IMG/VR virus record: IMGVR_UViG_3300044267_006233 | Span: 1-28,467 of that record | Reading direction: 5' to 3' (one strand) | Length of the DNA stretch: 28,467 nt | Origin: a virus | Lineage: Duplodnaviria; Caudoviricetes | Shown: positions 10,001 through 18,716 of the stretch, piece by piece | How the letters are laid out: the number at the start of each line of letters is the position of its first letter | How positions within the stretch are numbered: the stretch's first letter is position 1 | Notes under the pieces: generated by a model | The model's input: only the letters and a program-made list of their open reading frames with translations | Database searches by the model: none | Told to the model about the DNA's origin: nothing | Translations under genes and position numbers: made by a program

Positions 10001-12782
10001 TGGGCGATATTTAACCTCTTCTTTTAAATTATTTGAACCCTCTTTGGGTTGGAATCCAAGGTTTAGTAAATCTTGGAACAAAGAACACCAGAAGCTATAC
10101 GAAAGAGCAATAGATTCTTTGACAGCTCTTAACCAACAAGGAGGCAATACAACTTGGACAAAACAGGATTCTATAAATGAAATTGATTCTATTTTAAGAA
10201 TGGAGAAGTTTAATTCGACCACTGATTTGGCGCGTATTCCAGGAATCCTTACAGCTGTGAGTGCCGATCAAGCAGCAGGTATTCCAACCAAAGGTGGCCT
10301 TCTACAAGAAAGATATAAAATACCTTTTGCAATTAGAGAACTAATGGGAGAGCACACGGATCCTAAAATAATGGTAGCGACAACCATTTCTCGTGTGTCT
10401 AAACTTTTAGAAATGGCTGAGTTTTACAGAAGTCTTGAACAAATTAATGAAATGCCAGGAGAGATGCACTTTTCTCCGGTTAGGACAGCTGAATACAGTG
10501 TTCCTGTGAGGGCTCTTGGAGAGTGGAACCCGCTGGATGGCTATTACACAACACCAGAGTTTGCTAATGAAATAGAAATAGGAGGCTCAGAAAGTGGTTT
10601 TTTTGATAACGATTTTGTGTCTTTTTATAGGTCCTTTATTTTAGCGCCAAAAGCAGCTGTTCAGTTTGGAAAAATTGTAATTAGTCCGGCTACTCAAATG
10701 AGAAACTTTGTGGGTGGCGGTATAATGTTCTTGGGCAACGGTCATTGGAGACTGGGTGCTTTTCCTGTGGCCATGGACGCTATTAGTAAGGAGCTTTTTG
10801 GAAGTGGCGTAATATCTTTTATAAAAGACAAGCAAGGCAATAACAAGTTCTACGATAAAGGCAAGCTTAATGATAGGGGTGCGAGAGCAGAAAAAACATT
10901 TAGAAAACTACAAAGGCTCGGTATTGTTAATACCAGTGTAAAACTTAATGATGTCTTAGGTATTTTTGCCAGAGCAAATAGTGGGGAATACAACACATAC
11001 AACGATTTTATTATGGCTTTGTACACTTTAAAAAACACAAAGCCTGGAAAAGTGGCTTCTGCCGTTCCTGAACACCTGCTTACTACAGCGAAAGAGTTTT
11101 ATGCCGCAGCGGATGACTTTTGGAAAATAGCGGCTTGGGCAGCTGAGCGAATGAAGTTGGAAGCCGGTCTGAGAAAAATAGAGGCGTATGCAGAAGGCTC
11201 TTTATCGGAGCAAGCAAAAATGGAAGCTTTGATGGAGTTTGCTGAACGTTTAACTATGAAAACAGGGACAGGCAAAGTTCACAATCAAAGCATGGCTCAA
11301 GTTTTTAGAAACGAGACCAACTTGGAAAGTTTGATCGACGAAATTGCAGCCCATAACGTAAGAATGGGGATGCCTAACTATGATTACATAGGTCGTTTTG
11401 CAAGAACTTGGAGACAGATCGCCATTGTCGGAAACTTTATTGCCTTTCCAACTGAAATGGCTAGGGTGTCTTGGAACATTCCTCAATTGGCCATGCAACA
11501 AGCTACCTTTAGAGTTTCGTCAGACTACATGGAAAAGCACAATTTAAAACGAGAAAACGTACTAGAAAGAACTCCTCTCGGACAAATTATTCCGCTTTCA
11601 AAAAACATAAGGCCGTTTACCACCTCCGCTTTTGAAAAAGGATTGGGCTTTACTATTGCGGCAGGTGGGCTTGGTTTTTCAATAAAAGAAATTGGAAAGA
11701 TTCTTTTCGACATTGATGAAGAAGACTTGGACGCTGCAAGAAATCTTAGTGCCGATTATGCAAAAGATGATTTGATAATTCCTATTGGTGAAATGCGTTC
11801 TCCAGAAGAAGGCGGAGGCTTCCCCGCTCTTAATGGGAACTACATTCTTCCGTGGAGTGAAATATCAAAGCTTTGGCCGATGGTTGAGAAAAACATTAGG
11901 GAAGCAGAACGAACAGGCGACGATTCTTGGGACTCTGGCGTTATAGGCGGTGTTGTGGATTGGGCGGCGAACTACAGCGATCAATATTTAGGCTACGCAA
12001 TTTCAGAGAAAACAAGAAGAGCTATAGCGACAAACACTGATCCTGAGACTTTAAAGCCAATTTATAATGAAGAAGACGCAAGTCTTGGAGAAATCGCATG
12101 GGACGTTATAACTTATATGTGGAAGGACCTAGGACCAGGGCTTTCTCCCCAAGCACAAACTGTAAGGAGAGCTTTTGCTAAAGGAGAAAAACGCTTTGAT
12201 GACTACAACAGAACCGTTTCTATGCCAGAAGCAATGGCTAAAGCTAGTGGTTTAAGTCCTATTCAAATAGAGCCTACAAAGTCTTTAGACTTTGTGATTG
12301 GAGACACTCAAAAATACTTTAAAAAATATGTTCAGCCTGAAATGCTACAGGCTGCCAAAGGTGGTGAAATTTCCGAGCAGGATATTATAGACCAATGGAA
12401 AAAAGCACAGAGCTATTGGTTTTTAGAGCAACAAAGACTTTATTTTGAAGTTCAAGACATGATTAAATTAAATGTTGATCCTGCTAAAATCAAAGCAGAG
12501 TTTGATGATCGAGTAAGAGGGTATGGAAGAGACTTCTATGAAAATATCAGAATGGGTATTTTTACTCCTTGGAAAATTCCTAAGTTTTATCAAGAACAGT
12601 TCGACGAGCTTACAAAACAAATGAGAATCGAAATGTCAAAACAGGGTAGGGACACCAGCTTAATAACAAGAAAGTGGCCAGAAGAAAAGCTTGAGTTTTA
12701 CTACGAGTCTTTAACTAAAGATAAAGGGGTTCCTGCTAGTCTTTTGGAAAATCCGACTCTTTCGTTTCCTTGGGAAGACTAA
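7050..12782 (+). CDS. Large internal virion/ejection protein (T7 gp16-position, large polyvalent protein type), 1910 aa
   Basis: Last and largest gene of the virion operon. N-terminal Gly/Ala-rich hydrophobic segments with 'EGVTEASQE', a long helical body, and 'MPNYDYIGRFARTWRQIAIVGNFIAFPTEMAR' in the C-terminal third. Confidence 0.75.
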   Translation: MSQQIEEARRRARQKAQQTQQLPTSANTPEDEEEFLGFLDSFGRAIDTTQQLGYSFSRVIGEAMDWDELKAFGQRGVERQEEDIAEYEKEGRTVQATELWKKFKNEEEDLEIGDLGIWLKQSAGDVVPPLAVTAGSMWAGTKGGAAIGAMIAGPAAPAGAAIGGTIGAIAGLVLPSYVLGVGEVDLAIKEKAGEDYEAPATALIGGVPIALLDVASLALQLKPVIGPAVRKFGAEQVVDELIKQGAKQNIAKAAVVSAVKNMPVEGVTEASQEYIADLVAEIETGVAKTDQEKIDMMINAGLKGAIGGAIGGGTFEAGATYSQNQKMEEQKALEEWRDKNVVEIDAELEAFRGELPENASDLYDLYGEEILATRSASREEMEQEIVALEREKLWGAALAREASKDALADVSKEMLTEEYLGAVNNLSDSEFADYIAEQFQVDARIVDGEVVWGDQNPETLQDISDNDLMFERWLDKHGLNSRDLQTIKEAMVIENVDSIMRLKGDTAVSKLGLFQFNQYVEDLMTHYTAQELRSIAIVADMFGDTDRAKDMTKTQLATHIAEEKASIELAKQKLGPYIDEKNQQAMIINMEREELGSVPVGEVEETSVIGTPQNRKLQRLIGTTGNAFEVIVQKVDPSKDEGAPGYLGETIVFKRYGPYEFLSEQETDSGYARNLPDRARQEFAQTAFDVYNELPEVKDGTLPRREMRGEEKEFIQQRRRRGAELSTLTPGYEGMTLDEFMATTPENEFKFNQARVVRGSLFHEKGMHGRGAFMEKFLSFLSTRFRPFGPMGLVAGLEYKRMRADIRALDKLAMQLAIGIDKALGEAVRTGEITSIDEGNRLLLSYLRKTGFYRNLDAEIKKFEELKNDKSKTKEQRAQYSKDLGALKGRKEELIADTLAVQEDLKTERDETRREALLERISQNTLELSTKQDRRVALAQLPSSLQDIALKSRKTIDSLSQRILDEMPAEILPEENRPLIQENLGRYLTSSFKLFEPSLGWNPRFSKSWNKEHQKLYERAIDSLTALNQQGGNTTWTKQDSINEIDSILRMEKFNSTTDLARIPGILTAVSADQAAGIPTKGGLLQERYKIPFAIRELMGEHTDPKIMVATTISRVSKLLEMAEFYRSLEQINEMPGEMHFSPVRTAEYSVPVRALGEWNPLDGYYTTPEFANEIEIGGSESGFFDNDFVSFYRSFILAPKAAVQFGKIVISPATQMRNFVGGGIMFLGNGHWRLGAFPVAMDAISKELFGSGVISFIKDKQGNNKFYDKGKLNDRGARAEKTFRKLQRLGIVNTSVKLNDVLGIFARANSGEYNTYNDFIMALYTLKNTKPGKVASAVPEHLLTTAKEFYAAADDFWKIAAWAAERMKLEAGLRKIEAYAEGSLSEQAKMEALMEFAERLTMKTGTGKVHNQSMAQVFRNETNLESLIDEIAAHNVRMGMPNYDYIGRFARTWRQIAIVGNFIAFPTEMARVSWNIPQLAMQQATFRVSSDYMEKHNLKRENVLERTPLGQIIPLSKNIRPFTTSAFEKGLGFTIAAGGLGFSIKEIGKILFDIDEEDLDAARNLSADYAKDDLIIPIGEMRSPEEGGGFPALNGNYILPWSEISKLWPMVEKNIREAERTGDDSWDSGVIGGVVDWAANYSDQYLGYAISEKTRRAIATNTDPETLKPIYNEEDASLGEIAWDVITYMWKDLGPGLSPQAQTVRRAFAKGEKRFDDYNRTVSMPEAMAKASGLSPIQIEPTKSLDFVIGDTQKYFKKYVQPEMLQAAKGGEISEQDIIDQWKKAQSYWFLEQQRLYFEVQDMIKLNVDPAKIKAEFDDRVRGYGRDFYENIRMGIFTPWKIPKFYQEQFDELTKQMRIEMSKQGRDTSLITRKWPEEKLEFYYESLTKDKGVPASLLENPTLSFPWED

Positions 12783-13452
12783 ACTTTTCCACCCGCTCCA
12801 TCCAGGCATCAGCGGCACGTTTAAATTCGTCCCCTTCTAAAACAAACTCCTGGTAAAGACAGTCCACTGAGCACATCATAATCACGCCTTTTTCAATATC
12901 TGTGCCGTACAGCTCGTTGTGTGCCAAAGAATAGGCAGCAAGTTGTTGAAAGTAGTCCCACACCCACTGTCTGCGTTTTGGTCTGTTGGTTTGTTTAAAG
13001 TCTATAATAGAAAGATCGTCGTCATGCACACCGATAACGTCTGCTTGACCAGCGTATTTATCAGGATAGTACAAAGATACTTCGCAACCATACACCTGTG
13101 AGATATTAGGAAACCCTTGGTCCATGATCGTACAGGCCATTTTTAAAGCTCTTTTCTGTTGTGCGTCTTCTGGCTTGTAGTCCCAGATTTCCCCGTTGAC
13201 AATCTGTTTCTCCAGAATGTTGTGCATATAGGTTCCTCTGGTCGCAGCTTCTGTACGAATACGTTCTGCTTCCTCTTCTCCCACCTTTTCTATCCACTTT
13301 TTCAAGAAGTCTCCTTCTTTTGTGCCAGATAGAATAGTGGTTACAGACGGGAGTTTTTCTCCATTGCAGTCATAAAACCTTCCGCCTTTCCTATCCTCGC
13401 TGGAAAACACGCCATACTCGTACGGCGACTCGTAAAGTATTTTATGCTTCAC
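12736..13452 (-). CDS. PD-(D/E)XK exonuclease (MGME1/RecB-family-like), 238 aa
   Basis: Motifs LPSVTTIL, RGTYMH, EVSLY, YAGQADVIG, IIDFKQT, QLAAY. Its 3' end overlaps the convergent 1910-aa gene by 47 nt. Confidence 0.9.
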   Translation of the reverse strand: MKHKILYESPYEYGVFSSEDRKGGRFYDCNGEKLPSVTTILSGTKEGDFLKKWIEKVGEEEAERIRTEAATRGTYMHNILEKQIVNGEIWDYKPEDAQQKRALKMACTIMDQGFPNISQVYGCEVSLYYPDKYAGQADVIGVHDDDLSIIDFKQTNRPKRRQWVWDYFQQLAAYSLAHNELYGTDIEKGVIMMCSVDCLYQEFVLEGDEFKRAADAWMERVEKFSLPKETKESDFPKD

Positions 13453-13453
13453 G

Positions 13454-13624
13454 TTACTGCTTAGGAACTTCGGAAAGTTTTCCGTCTTCCAGGTCTTGTT
13501 TTAAGCGTTTTACCGCAAAAGCAAAGACATTACTGGTCGGTCTTTCGGTTTTTTCTCCGATTTCTGCTGCTAAATCAACGATTTGTCTGCGTATTGCTAC
13601 GCTTTTCCACTTTTTAGTGTCCAT
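13454..13624 (-). CDS. 56-aa ribbon-helix-helix (CopG/Arc-like) transcriptional regulator; not in the ORF track
   Basis: Manual translation: MDTKKWKSVAIRRQIVDLAAEIGEKTERPTSNVFAFAVKRLKQDLEDGKLSEVPKQ*. It has an alternating beta-strand (KSVAI) plus two helices, SD AGGAG at 13630-13634, and fills the polA-exonuclease gap. Confidence 0.75.
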   Translation of the reverse strand: MDTKKWKSVAIRRQIVDLAAEIGEKTERPTSNVFAFAVKRLKQDLEDGKLSEVPKQ

Positions 13625-13644
13625 TTCAACTCCTATTAGTTTGG

Positions 13645-13674
13645 ATTATACATTATATTTTAGGATATATCCTA
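13645..13674 (-). promoter_or_regulatory. Promoter with tandem TATAAT boxes and a perfect 14-bp palindromic operator candidate
   Basis: Minus-strand TATAAT at 13652-13657 and 13645-13650. The palindrome TAGGATATATCCTA at 13661-13674 overlaps the polA stop and the spacer/-35 region. Confidence 0.6.
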
Positions 13675-15537
13675 GTTTTTTGCGACCATAGAGTCGCCCC
13701 AATTTTTTCCAACCTCAGCGTCAACTTTGTTTGGAACCTCCAGAGGCACGGCTTCTTCCATGATCTTACAAATATCCTCTATGTCCTTTTTATCGTCCAC
13801 AGAAAACACCAGTTCATCGTGTACTTGTAACAAAGGGGGATAACCTTCTTGATAACAATGAACCATGGACTGCTTGGTCATGTCAGCAGCCGAACCCTGA
13901 ATTAGTTTATTAAGCGCTTTATAAACAAACGCTCTTTTAATCTCTCCGTTATACTCATGCACAGCTTCTTTGTATTTCATAGGCCGTCCTGTGCCATATT
14001 TTAGTGGTTCCCACATATCAAAGTGGCACCGCCTTCCTAAAATGGTTTTAATATACCCTTTCTGGTTCGCGCTCCTCATTACAGAGTCTGCTAGCTGTCG
14101 AACAAAAGGTGCATAAGTATTAAACTTGGAAAGTATTTCCGAGGCTTCTGGAACTCCAACCCCTAATTGATCGGCAAGCTTGCCTTTGCCCATGCCATAC
14201 ATAATGCCCAGACCAATTGTTTTAGCTGTCTTCCGATCAATTCCCACCAGATTTGCAACCTCCTGGTGAAAGTCTGCGTCTCCGTTTCTGTACGCGTCCG
14301 CAATCGTTGTTGCCCCATCATAATGAGAACGGCTTGCATAGTGCGTCAGTATTCTCGGCTCTTGTTGTGAAAAGTCTGCTGAGCACCATTTTTGTCCTTC
14401 TTCTGGCAAAAACAAAGAACGAATAAGCGGTCCAATTTCTTTGTTGCGCGCAGGAACTTGTTGTAAATTAGGGTTGCTCATTGAGAGCCTTCCCGTAACG
14501 GTTCCTCCTGTTTCGCCTTTAAGTTGTCTTATCTCAGCGTGTATTCTGCCCTTGTGTTCGTGTTTTAAAATAGAATCAATAAAGGTACTGTGCGTCTTGT
14601 TTACCTCTCTTGCCTCCCTTATTAGCTGTGCTACCGGATGAGAGTGGTTTTCTAAAAACGCTTTAGTAAAACTTGGTAGTCCTGTAGGCGTTCTTAAATA
14701 AGACAGTTTCAAAGCATCAAAAACTTTAGACAAAGAGTTTGCTGCCCAGAGTTGAACTTCTTTAACCCCTGACTCTTTTATAATCTCTCTTACTATTTTC
14801 TTTTCTCTCGCAATCAATTTTTTCTTTAGTATCGCTGCCCTTTCAACATCTACACGAACCCCTCTTTGTTTCATGTCCAGGACAACAGGTAAAACACTCA
14901 TTTCTAACTCAAACACGTTCCAAAGGTTTTGTTCTTCCAACAAACCTTTAAATCGGTTCCAAAGTTTTAAGGTAAGTGCAGCGTCTTGCGTTGCATAAGT
15001 GCCAACATAAGCGGAAGGAAGTCTCCACATTTCTGCTTTAGGATCTAGTCCCCACTCTTCTGCTGCCTGTCTAAGCTCTGCCTCTGATTTACCTTCTTGC
15101 AGATACTCTTGTCCTAGGGAATTGAGTGTGTACCAATACATGTTTTCATTAATTAAAGGCGCAACAATCATGGTGTCAATAATTTTTCCCTGGACATCGA
15201 TGCCTTCGTTCTTTAACCAACCAACATCGTACGTCGCATTATGAAAAACCTTGTCTTGTTGTTCTGATACAACATCTCGAACAAACTCCAGCACTCGTTT
15301 TTTAGGAAAGTTAAACCCGGATTCGTGAGCAAAAGGGAAATAATCAGCGAATCCTTCACAAGCAATGGAAACTCCGACTGCCTCTCCGTCTCCTCTAATA
15401 TAACCTGGGCCTAGTTCTTTTAAATTTGGGTCTTTGGTTTCAAGGTCGATAGCTATTTCATCAGCGTCTTTTAATAACTGGGTTGGAAATGTATCGGGTG
15501 GTGTCCACTCTGTAGGTGGTTTATAAACAAAACTCAT
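13672..15537 (-). CDS. polA: Family A DNA polymerase with 3'-5' exonuclease and no 5'-3' exonuclease, 621 aa
   Basis: ExoI IAIDLET, ExoII FHNATYD, ExoIII YATQDA, TGRLSMSNPNLQQVP, motif A SADFSQQEPRI, motif B KTAKTIGLGIMYG, motif C QVHDEL. Confidence 0.97.
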   Translation of the reverse strand: MSFVYKPPTEWTPPDTFPTQLLKDADEIAIDLETKDPNLKELGPGYIRGDGEAVGVSIACEGFADYFPFAHESGFNFPKKRVLEFVRDVVSEQQDKVFHNATYDVGWLKNEGIDVQGKIIDTMIVAPLINENMYWYTLNSLGQEYLQEGKSEAELRQAAEEWGLDPKAEMWRLPSAYVGTYATQDAALTLKLWNRFKGLLEEQNLWNVFELEMSVLPVVLDMKQRGVRVDVERAAILKKKLIAREKKIVREIIKESGVKEVQLWAANSLSKVFDALKLSYLRTPTGLPSFTKAFLENHSHPVAQLIREAREVNKTHSTFIDSILKHEHKGRIHAEIRQLKGETGGTVTGRLSMSNPNLQQVPARNKEIGPLIRSLFLPEEGQKWCSADFSQQEPRILTHYASRSHYDGATTIADAYRNGDADFHQEVANLVGIDRKTAKTIGLGIMYGMGKGKLADQLGVGVPEASEILSKFNTYAPFVRQLADSVMRSANQKGYIKTILGRRCHFDMWEPLKYGTGRPMKYKEAVHEYNGEIKRAFVYKALNKLIQGSAADMTKQSMVHCYQEGYPPLLQVHDELVFSVDDKKDIEDICKIMEEAVPLEVPNKVDAEVGKNWGDSMVAKN

Positions 15538-17075
15538 ATAATGTACCTGTAATAATCGTCTTGGGCTTGTATAAAGTACAAGTTCTCTATGGTGCGAGTA
15601 ACGGCAACATAAAACTGTCTGTGAAGCCCATCTGGTTGTAATACTGAAGAGCGTTTTTGTGCTTTGGATAAGTCCAAATACACAGCAACATTCTCCGCCT
15701 CTCCGCCCTTTGCCTGATGAATCGTTGAAATGACAATTCGCGGTTCTCCGTGCAAGTCTTCATTATTTTTTATTGCTTTTTCTATAAACGATCTTCTTTC
15801 TACATCTATGCTTTTATCAAATAGTTCTTTCCATGTTTTGTTTATAATCTCTTCTTTTAGGCCATAATTGTCTATGGCTTCTTGTAAAGTTATCTTTTGT
15901 CCTTTGTCTACTTGTTGTGCCACTCTGCTTATATACCCTCTTTTAACTCCCTGCTTTCCCAAATGAAAATACAAATCGTCTAGCTCAGACAAAGTAATTT
16001 CTTCTGTTTTGATTTTCTCCCAGGTGTCTATAGCTGACATCATTCTGGCTGGAATGTAGCGGTAATGGTTGTGTACAAAAGGGTACCCGTTATCTATTAG
16101 AAACTTTCTAATATTATACCCTTTAGAAGTGTCTGTGAGCATATAATCACAAGAAGCCATAACTAACCACTCTCCTTTGTCCAGGGGTAGTGTTTCAATA
16201 GAGTTAACATTATTAACCGTTCCCGCTTGCTCTCTTGGTTTATAGTCTTTTGGCTCTCGACATAAAATTCTTTCTGAAATCTTTTTAGCAATAGGATGTA
16301 CTTGTTTGGGTATGCGATAAGATTGGTCTAAAACAATTTTCTCGCCTTCATAATCAACAAACCGCTCTGGTCGGGCTCCGTTCCACTCATAAATTGCTTG
16401 GTCATCGTCTCCTGCTATATATGTTTTTTCTGCTCCGGCTGCCAACTTGTCCACCAGTCTCCAGTTTAGTTCTGCCAGGTCTTGTGCTTCATCTACAATT
16501 AAAAGATCAAGCGGTGGAGCTGTGCCGTCTTCTAAAAAACTAACAATCATATCGGCAAAAGAATAAATAACCGGAGTTCGAGACAACCTAAATTCTTCCC
16601 AGGCCTCCGCCATTGGTTCCAACATGTGAGGAACAACCCCTTTTCTTTGCTCTACGTCCAGGGACAATCGCTCATCTTTTAAAGAACGACAATTGGTTTT
16701 CGCTCGTTCTATGATCTCGAAGTAAGGATCTTGGACCACGGACCTAATGGCTCTTGTGTTGTTGGGATATTTTTTCGTTAGGTTAAACTGATACTCTTCT
16801 AAAAAATCAAAAATGTCGCGCCCACCAACGACATGAGATATTCCCATGTTCCTTTTACAGAACGCATGGCTTGTACAAAAATACGGCATTTCTTCAAAAG
16901 ACAGTCCAAAACGGACATGAGCTCTGTTCTTTCCTTCATTAGCTGCTTTAACAGAAAAAGAAATAAACGCTATCCTCTCTGGTTGTGTTCCTTTGTCGAT
17001 GTGGTCTTCTATAATATTAAGAAGAGTGGTTGTTTTCCCTGTCCCTGGAGGACCAAAATATTTTGTTACTCCCAT
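15534..17075 (-). CDS. UvrD/Rep-like superfamily 1 helicase, 513 aa (start moved from 17150 to the ATG at 17075)
   Basis: Walker A GPPGTGKTT, Walker B IVDEAQD, AGDDDQAIY, QSYR, STIHQAKGGEA, YVAVTR. SD GGAGG precedes the ATG at 17075. Confidence 0.93.
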   Translation of the reverse strand: MGVTKYFGPPGTGKTTTLLNIIEDHIDKGTQPERIAFISFSVKAANEGKNRAHVRFGLSFEEMPYFCTSHAFCKRNMGISHVVGGRDIFDFLEEYQFNLTKKYPNNTRAIRSVVQDPYFEIIERAKTNCRSLKDERLSLDVEQRKGVVPHMLEPMAEAWEEFRLSRTPVIYSFADMIVSFLEDGTAPPLDLLIVDEAQDLAELNWRLVDKLAAGAEKTYIAGDDDQAIYEWNGARPERFVDYEGEKIVLDQSYRIPKQVHPIAKKISERILCREPKDYKPREQAGTVNNVNSIETLPLDKGEWLVMASCDYMLTDTSKGYNIRKFLIDNGYPFVHNHYRYIPARMMSAIDTWEKIKTEEITLSELDDLYFHLGKQGVKRGYISRVAQQVDKGQKITLQEAIDNYGLKEEIINKTWKELFDKSIDVERRSFIEKAIKNNEDLHGEPRIVISTIHQAKGGEAENVAVYLDLSKAQKRSSVLQPDGLHRQFYVAVTRTIENLYFIQAQDDYYRYII

Positions 17076-18652
17076 TCTTTTTCCTCCACAGGCACCCTGA
17101 ACTCTTCTGGAGAAACAGCGTCGTCTATTTCTTTTACATCCATGACCCATACTTTTTTGTTGCCCACAGACTTATCTATCCATTTAGAAGAGTTGATTGC
17201 CCCTATTTCTTTTAGCCGAGTAAACACTTCTGCTTCTTTTATGTTTCTCATCTTTTTAAATTCTTGAATAAACACCACTAGATCACGTCCAGTGAACCAC
17301 CATTCTTTAATGTCGTCTTCTTCGTGTCTGTACACTCCTGCTGAAACAACGGCTAGTTTTGAAGTGGACTCTGAAAGTCTGCAAAACTCTAGTATGACCT
17401 CGTTTAGTACACCTTTCTTTGTCATGTCTGACGGAACATCTACGACTTGAACATCTTGTAGCCACTTATTGAGCTGTGCAACCCAGTCTGATTTCTTTTT
17501 ATCGGGAGGACAAGTGTTTAAAACTTCCATACATTTTTGTTGGTACAAAGAGAAGTTATGCAACTGTTTGGTTTCTAAAACAATGGTTTGTCCATCAATG
17601 TCTAAATGCCAAAGAGGTGGGTCTGTCATGTATTTTCTAAGCCCACCATAGACCGGCTCTCTTTGTGATGCGTCTATGCCGTATCTTCTTGTAATACATA
17701 TACCGCTTTGACAAAACCCTTTAAGTGGGTCTTTGCTACATTGGTATCTGTACTCATTTTTTTCTAGGCTCTGAATAATTGTGTTAAGTTCGCTGTGGGA
17801 CAAAGGTTTTACGCAAGCTGTTTTGTTAACTTCTTGCAGTTTGTCTTTCCATTCTTCGCCTTCGGGATAAACTTTTCTTAGAAACACACCGTAGTTTAAC
17901 ATTGCATTGTTTCTCGTACCTTCTGGCACACCGTTAAGTTTCATGTGCACCAAGCAAGGAGGTGCCTCGTCCCATAGGCCGTCTCCGTTTAGTTGTTTCT
18001 TTCGACCTTTGCGTACTGCGACAAAAGCGTCTAATTCTTCTTCGCTAATGGCCCTTCTTTTAACTATTCTAATAAACTCTTCCGGTCCAGCAGCATCTCC
18101 TTTTGCGTTTATTGCATAACGGGTTGTGTCGTTTCCAGAAAAATAGGGCATATTAAGCCAGTTTCCAGTTTGTTTTTCTTGCGGTAGTTGTTTAGACCAC
18201 TCATATTGTTTAGGAAAAATCTCGTCTCCTGTTCTTCCCATTGAAGCCGCTATTTCTTCTAGTTTGTTTTGAAGTTTAAAAGCCGGGATAGGCTCTTTGG
18301 TAAATAAGAACAGATGTACCCCACCTGATTTAGTCATGCAGGGTACAAGGGGCAATTTCATCTCCTTGATTGTTTTTAGTATTTCTTTGACATTTATTGG
18401 GTACTCATCGACATCGATGCACCCCCAAGAACAGGTCTCGTCATCGGTTAAAGGAACGACTCCTAAAGATAGCTTACCGGCTAGATGTTTTTTCCATAGC
18501 TCAATGGTTAATGGTTCGTGTAGTGTTCTGCCCCTGCCTTCTTTTTTGATTCCCTTTTCTGTGTTCTTCTGTTTTCCAGTTATTTCGTAGATGCCATGTG
18601 CCCTTGTTAAACCAGAAAAAATTTGCATAAGTTTTTCCGCTGTTTTTTCCAC
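17066..18652 (-). CDS. Archaeo-eukaryotic primase (AEP/prim-pol) with PriCT-like domain, 528 aa
   Basis: Motif I WGCIDVDE, motif II TKSGGVHLF, EIFPKQ, GNWLNMPY, then APPCL..GTRNNAML (PriCT-like) and a Cys cluster YQCSKDPLKGFCQSGIC. No Walker A motif. Confidence 0.85.
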   Translation of the reverse strand: MEKTAEKLMQIFSGLTRAHGIYEITGKQKNTEKGIKKEGRGRTLHEPLTIELWKKHLAGKLSLGVVPLTDDETCSWGCIDVDEYPINVKEILKTIKEMKLPLVPCMTKSGGVHLFLFTKEPIPAFKLQNKLEEIAASMGRTGDEIFPKQYEWSKQLPQEKQTGNWLNMPYFSGNDTTRYAINAKGDAAGPEEFIRIVKRRAISEEELDAFVAVRKGRKKQLNGDGLWDEAPPCLVHMKLNGVPEGTRNNAMLNYGVFLRKVYPEGEEWKDKLQEVNKTACVKPLSHSELNTIIQSLEKNEYRYQCSKDPLKGFCQSGICITRRYGIDASQREPVYGGLRKYMTDPPLWHLDIDGQTIVLETKQLHNFSLYQQKCMEVLNTCPPDKKKSDWVAQLNKWLQDVQVVDVPSDMTKKGVLNEVILEFCRLSESTSKLAVVSAGVYRHEEDDIKEWWFTGRDLVVFIQEFKKMRNIKEAEVFTRLKEIGAINSSKWIDKSVGNKKVWVMDVKEIDDAVSPEEFRVPVEEKEWE

Positions 18653-18672
18653 GCGTTTCCTTCATTTTGGAA

Positions 18673-18708
18673 CGCTCCTTCCCAAAACCCCCGTAAAGGA
18701 AAGGAGCG
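18673..18708 (-). promoter_or_regulatory. Intergenic 11-bp RNA hairpin between the SSB-like and primase genes (attenuator or processing site candidate)
   Basis: Minus strand CGCUCCUUUCC (18708-18698) pairs with GGGAAGGAGCG (18683-18673), with one G-U. No strong U tract follows. Confidence 0.5.
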
Positions 18709-18716
18709 CCGTTTAC

